A stretch of DNA of 64,000 bases from a candidate division TM6 bacterium GW2011_GWF2_28_16 (GTDB taxonomy: Bacteria > Patescibacteriota > Microgenomatia > UBA1400 > PJMF01), in the NCBI GenBank assembly GCA_001029715.1, contig CP011212.1:769066-833065 (forward strand). The letters run 5' to 3'. How positions within the stretch are numbered: the stretch's first letter is position 1; each line of letters opens with the position of its first letter. The notes under the pieces are model-generated. The model did not search any database. It was not told the origin of the DNA and saw only the letters and a program-made list of their open reading frames with translations. Position numbers and translations under genes: made by a program. Shown one piece after another: positions 39,417 to 48,645 of the stretch.

Positions 39417-41331
39417 AAAGAAAAATCACCTCGCCATTGTCGGGTTGTTTATTGTTGTTTTCATTATGTCTATTTCCTTGTTAGCAGTCATGTTTCTTAA
39501 GAAACCTGTTTCAGAATTGAGTTTAGACACTAGGAAAGAAGCTATGGTTGATAGTGGTTTAGTTGAATTGGATACTTATCCTTTTAATCAAAGTACTCTG
39601 AAGGTCAAAGAAGAGCAAAAAATTAATCTTCAAATCAATACCAAGGATAAATCAGTCGACGCTGTGGAACTCATTTTTGAAGTCATCGCCGATGAGGGTT
39701 TATTAGATAAAAGTAAAATTAAGCTTACTGGTACCATTCCAGAAGAACTAGAAGTTGGCAAACAAGAAATCATCGATAGTGTTTGTTCCAAAGATTGTTA
39801 TACGGTTACCCTTCTCCTCAATATTAAAGATTCAAACCAAGCTTTTGCCACTCATGATCAAATGGCTACCATTTCACAACTTAGCTTTACTCCTCAAAAA
39901 GAAGGTAGTCTAAAAATTAAAATCAGCCAAGATAGCACTGCTATTGAACACGAAAGCAGCAGCGACGTGTTACAAAAACCCTCTGTACTAGACTTTCAAT
40001 ATTATGTAACTAACAATGGCATTGATCCTTCTCAATGTTATTACCAATATACTTCCTGGGGAGATTGCAATAATGGTTGGCAAACCAGACAGTATTCTGT
40101 CGAACCAGACAACTGTTATTGGTATGAAAAAGAAACTCTCAAAGAATTAAGTCAAAAATGCGTTGATAGCGATGAGGTCAGCGCCAATAATAGCTATTTT
40201 TATCTTTATTCAACTAACAATTGTTTTAATCAGGCAACCACTGGTGAAAATTTTTATATCATTTGGAATGATGATAAATATGACAATGTAACATGGGTCG
40301 ATGTCAGCACTAGTAATAGCTTCAGCAATTTTTATCATAAAAAAGTTGAAGGCAACATTGATCAAACCAATGGAGACTGGTTGATGATTAATGCCAAAGG
40401 TTTTACAGATGCTACTGATGACAGAGGAACATTAATTTTTGAGCCAGATGAGGATTATTATTTCCGTCTATACAGCACCGATAATGACGGACAACACATC
40501 TCCTCAGTTCATTATTATGTAGCTTATTGTAGCGGAGACCAAAGTATCTATAAAAACTGTAATGATGCTTGTGGTGCTAACAGCGACCAAGGTAAAAGTT
40601 GTGCTCCAGGAATGACTTGTTATGAGGGCAGTTGTCGTAATGAAAACAACCCTAGTGATTCTAGTTGTTTACCGATTTTAGGAACTCAATTAAGTAATCA
40701 AAGTTGTAATCAATATTGTGCCAGTAATAATGATTGCTCCGCTGGCTTAAGTTGTTATTGGAATAGTTGTCGCAATCCATTAAATCTAAGTAGTACTTCT
40801 TGTTCCGTCACAACTACTTATTCATCTGCAACCACTAGCAAAAGCACTCTCTTACCCAGTGAAGCTTATGATCTAAGTACTTACAGTTGTAATCATGGTT
40901 GTAATAATAATCGTGACTGTGAAGCCGATATGCGTTGTTATAAAGGTAGCTGTCGCTTAGCAGATGATCCAGAAAATATTGCTTGCGTAGTCAGTGCGAC
41001 TGAATTAAACAGCAAAGACGCAAGTTCTAGCAGTAGTGCAGCTAAAATTGTTAAACCTAGCACCACTCCAATTACTGACACTAACAGCAAAGACACTCAA
41101 AGTGGACTGAACAAATTTTTGTCTAGTTTTTCCTGGCAATGGTTGGCTATTGCTGGGGTGATCTTACTTGTCGCGATTTCCCTGATTATTAGCTCAATTG
41201 CCAAAGCCAAAAAAGATCCCTGGACTAATCATATTAAAATGATCAACGAGAATGATATTCCTCAAAAACCAGAGCCAGAAAAAACAACTGAAACCATAAA
41301 AATTCCAGAAGATAAACCTTTGCAATTATAA
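39403..41331 (+). CDS. Surface protein with a cohesin-like domain, three Cys-rich repeats, and N- and C-terminal TMs
   Basis: LKV.E...INLQINT....VDAVEL beta-sandwich; CN..C..N.DC...C..G.CR repeats; S/T-rich linkers. Confidence 0.75.
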   Translation: MTPNKKKNHLAIVGLFIVVFIMSISLLAVMFLKKPVSELSLDTRKEAMVDSGLVELDTYPFNQSTLKVKEEQKINLQINTKDKSVDAVELIFEVIADEGLLDKSKIKLTGTIPEELEVGKQEIIDSVCSKDCYTVTLLLNIKDSNQAFATHDQMATISQLSFTPQKEGSLKIKISQDSTAIEHESSSDVLQKPSVLDFQYYVTNNGIDPSQCYYQYTSWGDCNNGWQTRQYSVEPDNCYWYEKETLKELSQKCVDSDEVSANNSYFYLYSTNNCFNQATTGENFYIIWNDDKYDNVTWVDVSTSNSFSNFYHKKVEGNIDQTNGDWLMINAKGFTDATDDRGTLIFEPDEDYYFRLYSTDNDGQHISSVHYYVAYCSGDQSIYKNCNDACGANSDQGKSCAPGMTCYEGSCRNENNPSDSSCLPILGTQLSNQSCNQYCASNNDCSAGLSCYWNSCRNPLNLSSTSCSVTTTYSSATTSKSTLLPSEAYDLSTYSCNHGCNNNRDCEADMRCYKGSCRLADDPENIACVVSATELNSKDASSSSSAAKIVKPSTTPITDTNSKDTQSGLNKFLSSFSWQWLAIAGVILLVAISLIISSIAKAKKDPWTNHIKMINENDIPQKPEPEKTTETIKIPEDKPLQL

Positions 41332-41399
41332 ATTTATAAGCCAACTTGAAAAAAAACCCATCTACGGATAAAATTCGAAGGACAAGATAGATCATTTTT

Positions 41400-41582
41400 A
41401 TGTTTACAAAAATTAAAAAATACTTTAGAGAAGTTATCACAGAGCTCAAGCAAACCTCTTGGCCAAGTAAAAACGATACTAAGAATATGACCCTGCTTGT
41501 ATTTTTAGTAGCTACTCTACTCGCCCTGTATCTTGGAGGGCTCGATTTTCTCCTACAAAAAATCATGGGAATTCTGATATAA
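41400..41582 (+). CDS. secE: Preprotein translocase subunit SecE
   Basis: EV..ELKQTSWP..TM..LD pattern; precedes nusG. Confidence 0.95.
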   Translation: MFTKIKKYFREVITELKQTSWPSKNDTKNMTLLVFLVATLLALYLGGLDFLLQKIMGILI

Positions 41583-41620
41583 TATCCTCCTTTGTAAAAG
41601 GAATCACCAAAAAAGGAATT

Positions 41621-42241
41621 ATGACTGACCAAATGCAAATACCAGAAGTGCCAGAAGTCCAAGAAGTAAGAGTTCAATCTCCTAACTTAGTGAACATCTC
41701 TGATGTCGACAACAAGAAAGCTCGTTGGTACGTAGTGCACGTTTATTCTGGACATGAAAAGAAGATCGCTGAGGCCTTGCGCCAACGTGCTCAAACCTTG
41801 CATTTAACTGATAAAATTATTCAAGTTTTAATTCCTACTCAAGATAAAATTCAAATTCGTCGTGGCATGCGCAAAACCGTTAGTGAAAAGATTTTCCCAG
41901 GATATATGTTGGTTAAATTGGAAATGGCTGACGATGTTTGGTTGGCAGTGCGCACCACTGATGGTGTGACCGGCTTTGTTGGTATGAGTAGTAAACCTAC
42001 TCCACTCCCAAAAAGCGAAGTTGAAGCAATCATGAAATATACTGAACAATCTGGCGAAGCTTCTTACAAAGCTGACTTTGTCGATGGCGAAGCCGTCAAA
42101 GTGGTTGAAGGACCATTCAATGACTTCTTAGGCAGTGTTGACAAGATTGACGAAGAAAAAGGCAAAGTTACGGTCTTGCTCAACATCTTCGGTAGAGAAA
42201 CTCCAGTGGAATTGGATTTCTTGCAAATTAAGAAAGTTTAA
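41621..42241 (+). CDS. nusG: Transcription factor NusG
   Basis: WYVVHVYSGHE, FPGY, GVTGFVG, KOW GPF and IFGRETPVEL motifs. Confidence 0.98.
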   Translation: MTDQMQIPEVPEVQEVRVQSPNLVNISDVDNKKARWYVVHVYSGHEKKIAEALRQRAQTLHLTDKIIQVLIPTQDKIQIRRGMRKTVSEKIFPGYMLVKLEMADDVWLAVRTTDGVTGFVGMSSKPTPLPKSEVEAIMKYTEQSGEASYKADFVDGEAVKVVEGPFNDFLGSVDKIDEEKGKVTVLLNIFGRETPVELDFLQIKKV

Positions 42242-42336
42242 AACAAAAACCATTGCGGTCGGCATAGGGACGCCGAGCTTCTCCGCATGAAGGTTAATTA
42301 AAAATAGAAAACAAATGAAAATAAAGAAAGTCGTGT

Positions 42337-42759
42337 ATGGCAAAAAAAATTAAATCAGTTCTAAAACTCAATCTACCAGCTGGCACAGCAACTCCAGCAC
42401 CTCCAGTCGGTCCTATTTTAGGTCAGGCAGGTATCAACATGATGGATTTCTTGAAACAATATAATGCTGCTACTGCTGATCAAAAAGGTCAGGTTATTCC
42501 AGCAGAAATCACTGTTTTTGAGAACAATTCTTTTACTTTTGTTTTGAAATTGCCTCCAGTCTCTGACTTGATCAAGCAAACCCTCAAAATGAAAGCTGGT
42601 AGTTCTACTCCAGGCAAAGATAATAAAGCTAAAATCACTATGGATCAAATCAGAGCAATTGCTGAAAAGAAATTGCCAGACATGAATACTGAAAATATTG
42701 ATTCTGCTATGCAGAGTATTATTGGTTCAGCTAGATCCATGGGTGTTGAAGTCGTTTAA
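42337..42759 (+). CDS. rplK: 50S ribosomal protein L11
   Basis: AGTATPAPPVGPILGQAG and GSARSMG motifs. Confidence 0.98.
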   Translation: MAKKIKSVLKLNLPAGTATPAPPVGPILGQAGINMMDFLKQYNAATADQKGQVIPAEITVFENNSFTFVLKLPPVSDLIKQTLKMKAGSSTPGKDNKAKITMDQIRAIAEKKLPDMNTENIDSAMQSIIGSARSMGVEVV

Positions 42760-42778
42760 TATTAAAAAATAAAATATA

Positions 42779-42816
42779 GTGGGAGGCTCAAGCTTTACTC
42801 AAGCCGTTCGCACCAC
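42779..42816 (+). promoter_or_regulatory. Putative L1-binding autoregulatory RNA element
   Basis: GTGGGAGGC...GCCGTTCGCACCAC stem with an internal loop just before rplA; resembles known L1 mRNA operators. Confidence 0.6.
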
Positions 42817-42828
42817 CAGAAAGGAAAT

Positions 42829-43557
42829 ATGGGAAGCAAAAAAAATGTCGACATGTCCGCAACTGAGACTGAAATCAAAGTCGTCGAGGCAACTGAAGTA
42901 AAAGAAGAGACTGATTCTCAAGGCGAAGCAAAAGTCGAGAAAAAAATCACTAAAGCCAAAAAAGTTCGTGGCAAAAAATATCAAGCTGTCCGCTCTCAAT
43001 TGGATAAAAGCAAATTTTACACTGCCAAAGAAGCAGTTGAATTGGTGAAGAAACTTTCTTACACCAAATTTGTTGGTTCAGTTGAAGCCCACATCGTGGT
43101 TAGAGAAATTGGCGATAGTGTCAACATCGCTCTTCCTCATTCCACTGGTAAATCTGTCAAAGTCACCGTCGTTGACGCTCAAGTTTTAAGCGACATCGAA
43201 GCTGGCAAAATTGACTTTGATATTTTGGTCGCCGCTCCTGAATTTATGCCAAAATTGGCTAGATTCGCTAAAGTTCTTGGACCAAAAGGCCTCATGCCAA
43301 ATCCAAAAAGTGGCACCCTGACCCCAAATCCAGAACTTAAGAAAAAAGAGTTGGAAGCCGGTAAATTCAGCCTTAAAACTGAGAAAAAAGCTCCTCTCAT
43401 GCATTTGATTATCGGCAAAACCGATATGAAAAGTGCCGACTTATTGGCAAACATCGAAGCTTTAGTCAAAGCTTTGAAGGGCAAAATTCTTAAATTAAGT
43501 ATTGCTGCCAGTATGAGTCCTGGAGTTAAAGTTTTAGTTGAAGAAAGTGAAGAATAA
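42829..43557 (+). CDS. rplA: 50S ribosomal protein L1 (internally shortened, acidic N-terminal extension)
   Basis: KF..SVE, LPHSTGK, LGPKGLMPNPKSGT and SMSPG motifs. Confidence 0.96.
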   Translation: MGSKKNVDMSATETEIKVVEATEVKEETDSQGEAKVEKKITKAKKVRGKKYQAVRSQLDKSKFYTAKEAVELVKKLSYTKFVGSVEAHIVVREIGDSVNIALPHSTGKSVKVTVVDAQVLSDIEAGKIDFDILVAAPEFMPKLARFAKVLGPKGLMPNPKSGTLTPNPELKKKELEAGKFSLKTEKKAPLMHLIIGKTDMKSADLLANIEALVKALKGKILKLSIAASMSPGVKVLVEESEE

Positions 43558-43582
43558 ATTTCTTCTTTAAAATATGAAAAAG

Positions 43583-43610
43583 AAAACCCGCTTGAAAAAG
43601 CGGGTTTTTT
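43583..43610. terminator. Bidirectional intrinsic terminator after rplA
   Basis: AAAACCCGCTT-GAAA-AAGCGGGTTTTTT. Confidence 0.85.
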
Positions 43611-43615
43611 AAATT

Positions 43616-44041
43616 CTAAATTTTAAACTTTATAGATAGCCACCTACCTTTTGAAGGAATACTATAGCTACCATGTCTCACACCTGATTTAACAAAATAT
43701 AATTTATATTCACCTATAGTTTGTGAGGCTCTAGGCAAACCAGCATAAACACTATCTTTGTCTACAATGACTATTTCTGTAATGCCATCAGCGCCATGAT
43801 CATGTTCATTAACTCTGCCTGAGTCTACAGTAATATTTTGATCAATACATTGAGACCAAAAACCAACTATTCTTCCATCTGACCCAGAGTATAAATTTTC
43901 TGAAGTCAATAATCCAACATGACCAGCAATTGGAGTTTTAGGCTCATCATCTGCTAAAAAAGCCGCTATTGAATCAGTATTTAGACCAACTACCGATAGG
44001 ACCTCATTTATTAAAGAATTATTTGGTTCTTTCTCTGACAT
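43616..44041 (-). CDS. Hypothetical protein with possible cupin-like motifs
   Basis: HDH....TEIVIV and SGVRHG resemble cupin motifs 1 and 2. Confidence 0.55.
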   Translation of the reverse strand: MSEKEPNNSLINEVLSVVGLNTDSIAAFLADDEPKTPIAGHVGLLTSENLYSGSDGRIVGFWSQCIDQNITVDSGRVNEHDHGADGITEIVIVDKDSVYAGLPRASQTIGEYKLYFVKSGVRHGSYSIPSKGRWLSIKFKI

Positions 44042-44053
44042 AAAGCGCCCGTT

Positions 44054-46078
44054 CTACTTTTTCAAAAACTCATCTAGCAAACTCAAATCTTGTGCACCTA
44101 AATCGCCACTTTGACTTAATTCTGCTTTTAATTCGCCGTTTTTGATCAATTCTTCTGCTCTCTCACGAGCTTTACCGCGCACGCGCACACCAACCTTATT
44201 AGCTTCAATTTCGCTGTCGCCAATAATAAGCATTAATGGCACTCTCGCTACTTCAGCAGCTCGAATTTTAGCCTGCAAACGCTCGGAGCGGTCATCAATT
44301 TCTACTCTAACGTCCTGGTCCAATAATTGGTTCATGATTTTTTGCGCATATTCCAAATGACGATCAGCGATGGGCAAAATTTTAACCTGCACTGGCGCAA
44401 ACCAGACTGGAAAATCGCCACCGTGTTGCTCAATTAAGAAAGCAAAGAAGCGTTCAAAAGAGCCAATTAAGGCACGATGAATTACAAAAGGACGTTGTTT
44501 TTCACCTTTTTCATCGACATAAGTAATGTCAAAGCGTTCTGGTAAGTTAAAGTCCACCTGAATCGTTGAAATACTATCTTCTTTGCCAAAAACATTCACT
44601 GCTTGAACATCGAGTTTGGGACCATAAAAAGCCGCCTCGCCTTTGGCTTCAACATAATCAACTCCGGCTTCATTGAGAATTTCGCGCATGATGTTTTCAG
44701 CTTTTTCCCAATCACTGCGCTTACCACAAGCTTTGAACTTTTCTTTATCTGGATCTGAAATTGAAAGACGGAAGTGATAATTATCGAAACCCATATCTTT
44801 GTAAAAAAGATCTAACATTTTCATTACTTCTTTGAATTGGTCCTTCAATTGCTCTGGTGTACAGAAAATATGAGCATCATTTTGCGTAAAACCGCGGACT
44901 CTCTGCAAACCATGCAATTCGCCAGATTTTTCGCGACGATAAACAGTGCCAAATTCACCCATCTTAACTGGCATGTCGCGGTAGCTATGACTTTTAAGTT
45001 TATAGACCATCATTCCAGCAGGACAGTTCATTGGTTTGGGATAATAGACTTCAGGCTGTCCTATAACTTTTCCCGAATCATCTTTTTCTTCGTAGGTCAA
45101 GGCTGGATACATACTATCTGCATAAAAACCTAAATGTCCTGATGTTTCAAATAATTCTTTTCTATTCAAATGAGGAGTCAAAATATGAACATACCCGAAG
45201 CGTCGCTCCATTTTCATCATGTAATCTTCCAAGACCCTGCGCATAGCATAGCCATTTGGCAACCAAACTGGTAAACCCTGACCAATTTCTGGAATGATCG
45301 CAAATAGCTCCATTTCTTTGCCAATCTTACGATGGTTGCGCTCTTCAGCCAGTTGTTTCTTGGTTAAATAATCATCTAAGTCAGCCTGTGAAGAAAAAGC
45401 TGTGCCGTAAATACGCGTCAGCATTTTATTTTTCTCATCACCGCGCCAATAGGCACCGGCGATACTCAAAAGTTTAAAAGCTTTGATTTCGGAAATTTTC
45501 TCGACGTGAGGACCCTTACACAAATCAGCAAAAGAAGCTAACTTAATACTAGCTTTATCGCTGTTTGACATCATTTCTAAACCAGCAATCAATTTTTTAT
45601 CTGCTTCAATTTGCTCGGGACGACCCGTCAAATACAGAGTAATTTTTTCTGGATTTCTCTCTAGCATCTGATGTTTGATCATCGATTTGCCATCACTCAC
45701 CGATTCACTTAGCTCAAAATCCTCAGCATGTTCTAAGCCATCGAGTAATTCTTGCTTATAAGAATTATTGGCAAAAATTTGTCTCGCTACTCCGAGAGAA
45801 ACCTCTACTCTTTCCATCAACAAACCTTGCTGGATAAGTTTTTTCATTTCTTTTTCAATCTTAGGAAAATCTTTTTCAGTGATTTTTAAGCCTTTTTCTT
45901 TGGCACTTTCGGCGATATCAAAGTCAAAATAAAAACCATCGTCGATGGCTGGCCCCATGGCTTTAATAATCACTGGATTACTTTTCTCATCACTGCCATA
46001 AAGTTTTTCCATGACTATAGTCAGAACGTGCTCCGCGCTATGACGCATAAGGAACAATTGGTCGATTGGTTTTTGCAT
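44054..46078 (-). CDS. thrS: Threonine--tRNA ligase (lacks the N-terminal TGS domain; has insertions)
   Basis: RHSAEH, DLCKGPH, GAYWRG, KPMNCP, RVRGFTQNDAH, AFYGPK and IHRA motifs. Confidence 0.98.
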   Translation of the reverse strand: MQKPIDQLFLMRHSAEHVLTIVMEKLYGSDEKSNPVIIKAMGPAIDDGFYFDFDIAESAKEKGLKITEKDFPKIEKEMKKLIQQGLLMERVEVSLGVARQIFANNSYKQELLDGLEHAEDFELSESVSDGKSMIKHQMLERNPEKITLYLTGRPEQIEADKKLIAGLEMMSNSDKASIKLASFADLCKGPHVEKISEIKAFKLLSIAGAYWRGDEKNKMLTRIYGTAFSSQADLDDYLTKKQLAEERNHRKIGKEMELFAIIPEIGQGLPVWLPNGYAMRRVLEDYMMKMERRFGYVHILTPHLNRKELFETSGHLGFYADSMYPALTYEEKDDSGKVIGQPEVYYPKPMNCPAGMMVYKLKSHSYRDMPVKMGEFGTVYRREKSGELHGLQRVRGFTQNDAHIFCTPEQLKDQFKEVMKMLDLFYKDMGFDNYHFRLSISDPDKEKFKACGKRSDWEKAENIMREILNEAGVDYVEAKGEAAFYGPKLDVQAVNVFGKEDSISTIQVDFNLPERFDITYVDEKGEKQRPFVIHRALIGSFERFFAFLIEQHGGDFPVWFAPVQVKILPIADRHLEYAQKIMNQLLDQDVRVEIDDRSERLQAKIRAAEVARVPLMLIIGDSEIEANKVGVRVRGKARERAEELIKNGELKAELSQSGDLGAQDLSLLDEFLKK

Positions 46079-46182
46079 AAGATCTTTCTTGATTTTAGTT
46101 ATTGTTATTTTACTTGTTTTTTTAGTATTTTGCGAAAGGTAGCAGTTCTGGTAACCTTAAGCTCCCATAATTGAGCTTAAGT

Positions 46183-46254
46183 GGGCCTGCCACTGTTTGT
46201 GGAACCGGATCTGAGAAATTTGGTTCGGGAGTCCAATTCTCCTCAAGTCCACCA
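46183..46254 (+). ncRNA. tRNA-like element, or tRNA/tmRNA 3'-end remnant, ending in ACCA
   Basis: GGGCCTG/CAAGTCC-ACCA acceptor (one mismatch); GGGAG-TCCAATT-CTCCT T-arm; 9-bp stem with a CTGAGAA loop. Confidence 0.45.
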
Positions 46255-46265
46255 GCTTTTATTTA

Positions 46266-46294
46266 TTGACAAAATTGTCAAAAAAATATATATT
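46266..46294 (+). promoter_or_regulatory. Sigma70 promoter antisense to the thrS leader
   Basis: TTGACA-17 nt-TATATT. Confidence 0.6.
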
Positions 46295-46346
46295 TAGGCA
46301 ATTCTCAGACAAGGTTCCAAATTGCCACAACCAGTGGTGAACCATT

Positions 46347-46373
46347 AAATCGCTTTTAAAAAAGCGATTTTTT
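46347..46373 (+). terminator. Intrinsic terminator closing a putative ~75-nt small RNA
   Basis: AAATCGCTTT..AAAGCGATTT hairpin followed by a T-run. Confidence 0.6.
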
Positions 46374-46418
46374 GTTTTAATCCGCTTCGGGCATTCCTTC
46401 GTCGTTTAAGCTCAGTCA

Positions 46419-46475
46419 CAAAAAATCCCGCTCTTGGCGGGGTTCTCATTTTTTAAACAACAAAAATACCCCGCG
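46419..46475 (-). terminator. thrS attenuator: terminator with alternative antiterminator
   Basis: Minus strand CCCGC-CAAGA-GCGGG-ATTTTTT; upstream GCGGGGT can instead pair with ACCCCGC. Confidence 0.8.
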
Positions 46476-46477
46476 CT

Positions 46478-46519
46478 CTAAGCAGTGGTAGTAGTGTTAT
46501 TTAAATTAAAATTTAGCAT
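46478..46519 (-). CDS. Thr-rich leader peptide MLNFNLNNTTTTA
   Basis: ATG CTA AAT TTT AAT TTA AAT AAC ACT ACT ACC ACT GCT TAG upstream of thrS; TATAAT at 46531-46536. Confidence 0.85.
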   Translation of the reverse strand: MLNFNLNNTTTTA

Positions 46520-46554
46520 TACAAAGATGAATTATAAATCAAAAGAGGAAAACA

Positions 46555-48645
46555 TCAACCCGCTCCGCCACCACCACCTCCACCTCCACCGCCACCACCT
46601 CCAGAAAAACCTCCACTTGAACCACCTCCAGAAGCACCATAGCTGCTAGTGGCTGAGCTAGTCAGATTGGCAAAAGCACCGCCCAAAGAATTCAGCGAGT
46701 CAGTCAAAGAACCTAAGTTAATAGCACTTAAATTACCTACTGCGGAGCCATGTAAACTATCAAAGCTAGCAACTCCCCAATAGGTTCCCAAAACTCTTTG
46801 GTCAGCATCTGAGAAATGTACTGGCAATTGTGATAAAGCTTTCATCGACACTCCAAACAAAGTCCCATAAACCAAATATTTCTCCCACAAAATCACGCTA
46901 TCGATCGAATAGTCTTTAGTTTTTTTATAATCGAACATATGTTTTTTAAAAGCTTGCCACGCGCTAGCCTCTTCCCAACCTTTTTTAGTTCTTTTTTGGG
47001 CAAAATGTTGCAGCATAGAAAAAACCATTCCGATCGTAAAAAAGAGCAATAAATTAATTACAGCTAGAAATAAACCGATAGTAACTAAACTTGTGGTTTT
47101 TACTGATGGCTCTCCTTCTAACAAGTTACCAAGCATAAACAGGAGAATAAAGCTAAAAACAGGCACTAGAAAGACCCGTAGAGCCGAAAAACTTCTTGCG
47201 TAATCATAAGAATCTCTTTCAAAAAAACCTTGGCTAAGACCGCTATCTAAAGATGTTTTTTCCAAACCCTTAAAAAAGTTATAACTAGAAGAAGGATTAC
47301 TCTTAATATATTGGCTAATGTCGGTTAAAGCTAAGCGTCTTTTGGTTTTTTCAGTTGGTGTGGCGCTTAAAGCTCCTCGCTTTGTCCAGGTTTGTTCTTT
47401 TTCATCAAAAAATTGAAGATAACTTTTAGCAATTTTTTCAGTCAAAAACTCATAAACTTCCTGCTCCACTGCGGCTAATTCACTGGGTGAACGATTGGTT
47501 TTTTCCAAGAAATATTTGTACTCTTTGTGCAAAAAACCTTCTTTCTTATTGCTGCGAGTGATTTTGAAAAGTTTTTTAGCCACCAAAGACAAAACAGAAG
47601 CGGTAAAAACCTTTGGACTTAAACTTTTAGTCGCAGATAAAAGTTGTACCACCAAAGCTGGCTCCAAATCACTAGGTGGTTCCCAAACTCCACTTAAATT
47701 TTTTAATTTTTTATCTTTGCCCAAACGTAAAAACTTGGAAAACTCAACTACACTCAGGAAAACTCCAAGTAGAAAAAGCAATATCGTTGCTAAAAGATAG
47801 AGCAAACCCAAACGTTCGTTTTTCTTAACTTTAGCAATTGTTTCATCAATAAAAGATTGCTCCTCTTCTAAAATACTCGCTTCATTTGAAGAACCATTGA
47901 TTTCTCTCAAAAACATATTTGTTGGTAATAAAACTCTCCCTTCAAAAAACTTTCCAACTGGCAAGCGATCAGCCTGCAAAGAGACGAGATAAAGTCCAGT
48001 CTTTTCATCTGGCAAAGCAGAAATACTCACTTTCGCATTAAGTGGACCATGGCCAAAAGCCTTAACGCTATCAAGCTGGCTGGCCAAAATTTCTTTTGGC
48101 AAATAAATATCAACTTTGATGTTTTGGCTTGACACTTCCCAAGCATCACCAATAAATTGCCAATAAAGTTCAGCTATGTCTATGTGCTTAGTAATAGCAT
48201 TGCCAACTTTATAGCTCAAAACAAAATCTTTAACTTCGTAATTAGCCTGAAAGTGCCACTCTAAAAAATATTTGTCGCCCCGATCATCGATCAGAAAAGT
48301 ATTATCAGGATTGTTTCTGGGTTCTACTAAATTAGCTGAAGCCGTAGCCAAAGCTTTATAACAAAGCTCATTATTTTTTTCACAAAGCTTGAAATCGCTC
48401 AAAACATAAGGCACTTCTCTACCGTCGTTGCCTGGAACTTTGTTAATTTCTTGATAAACAAAACGATAATCACCTTGGAAATTAAATTGGCGCTCTTCCG
48501 TCACATCCATTGAGCCATCTTTATTGATGAAGGCTTGAATATTAACTGTGTCGATACTGTATTCTTTAGCAAAAGCACTACCAGAAAAAATGAAGGTAAG
48601 AATGAAAAATAGAAATAAAATTTTTTTATTCATAGCGTAAAGCAT
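46555..48645 (-). CDS. DUF2207-family membrane protein (start may be 48633)
   Basis: Signal peptide, DGS..VTE, ELYWQFIG, GHGP, WEKYLVYG..FGV motifs and a Gly-rich tail. Confidence 0.9.
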   Translation of the reverse strand: MLYAMNKKILFLFFILTFIFSGSAFAKEYSIDTVNIQAFINKDGSMDVTEERQFNFQGDYRFVYQEINKVPGNDGREVPYVLSDFKLCEKNNELCYKALATASANLVEPRNNPDNTFLIDDRGDKYFLEWHFQANYEVKDFVLSYKVGNAITKHIDIAELYWQFIGDAWEVSSQNIKVDIYLPKEILASQLDSVKAFGHGPLNAKVSISALPDEKTGLYLVSLQADRLPVGKFFEGRVLLPTNMFLREINGSSNEASILEEEQSFIDETIAKVKKNERLGLLYLLATILLFLLGVFLSVVEFSKFLRLGKDKKLKNLSGVWEPPSDLEPALVVQLLSATKSLSPKVFTASVLSLVAKKLFKITRSNKKEGFLHKEYKYFLEKTNRSPSELAAVEQEVYEFLTEKIAKSYLQFFDEKEQTWTKRGALSATPTEKTKRRLALTDISQYIKSNPSSSYNFFKGLEKTSLDSGLSQGFFERDSYDYARSFSALRVFLVPVFSFILLFMLGNLLEGEPSVKTTSLVTIGLFLAVINLLLFFTIGMVFSMLQHFAQKRTKKGWEEASAWQAFKKHMFDYKKTKDYSIDSVILWEKYLVYGTLFGVSMKALSQLPVHFSDADQRVLGTYWGVASFDSLHGSAVGNLSAINLGSLTDSLNSLGGAFANLTSSATSSYGASGGGSSGGFSGGGGGGGGGGGGGAG

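Noticed and set aside
46100-46260. Complete tmRNA gene
   Set aside because: Too little space upstream of the ACCA end, and no recognisable tag reading frame or 5' GGATTCGAC-like segment.
46297-46345. HDV-like (theta) ribozyme suggested by the GGCAATT/AATTGCC stem
   Set aside because: The enclosed 16 nt are too short for the P2/P3/L3 elements.
46079-46554. T-box riboswitch for thrS
   Set aside because: No GGTGGnACCGCG T-box consensus found on the minus strand; the leader-peptide attenuator explains the terminator.
46558-46640. CCA/CCT/CCG triplet repeat
   Set aside because: It encodes the usual Gly-rich C-terminus of DUF2207 proteins.
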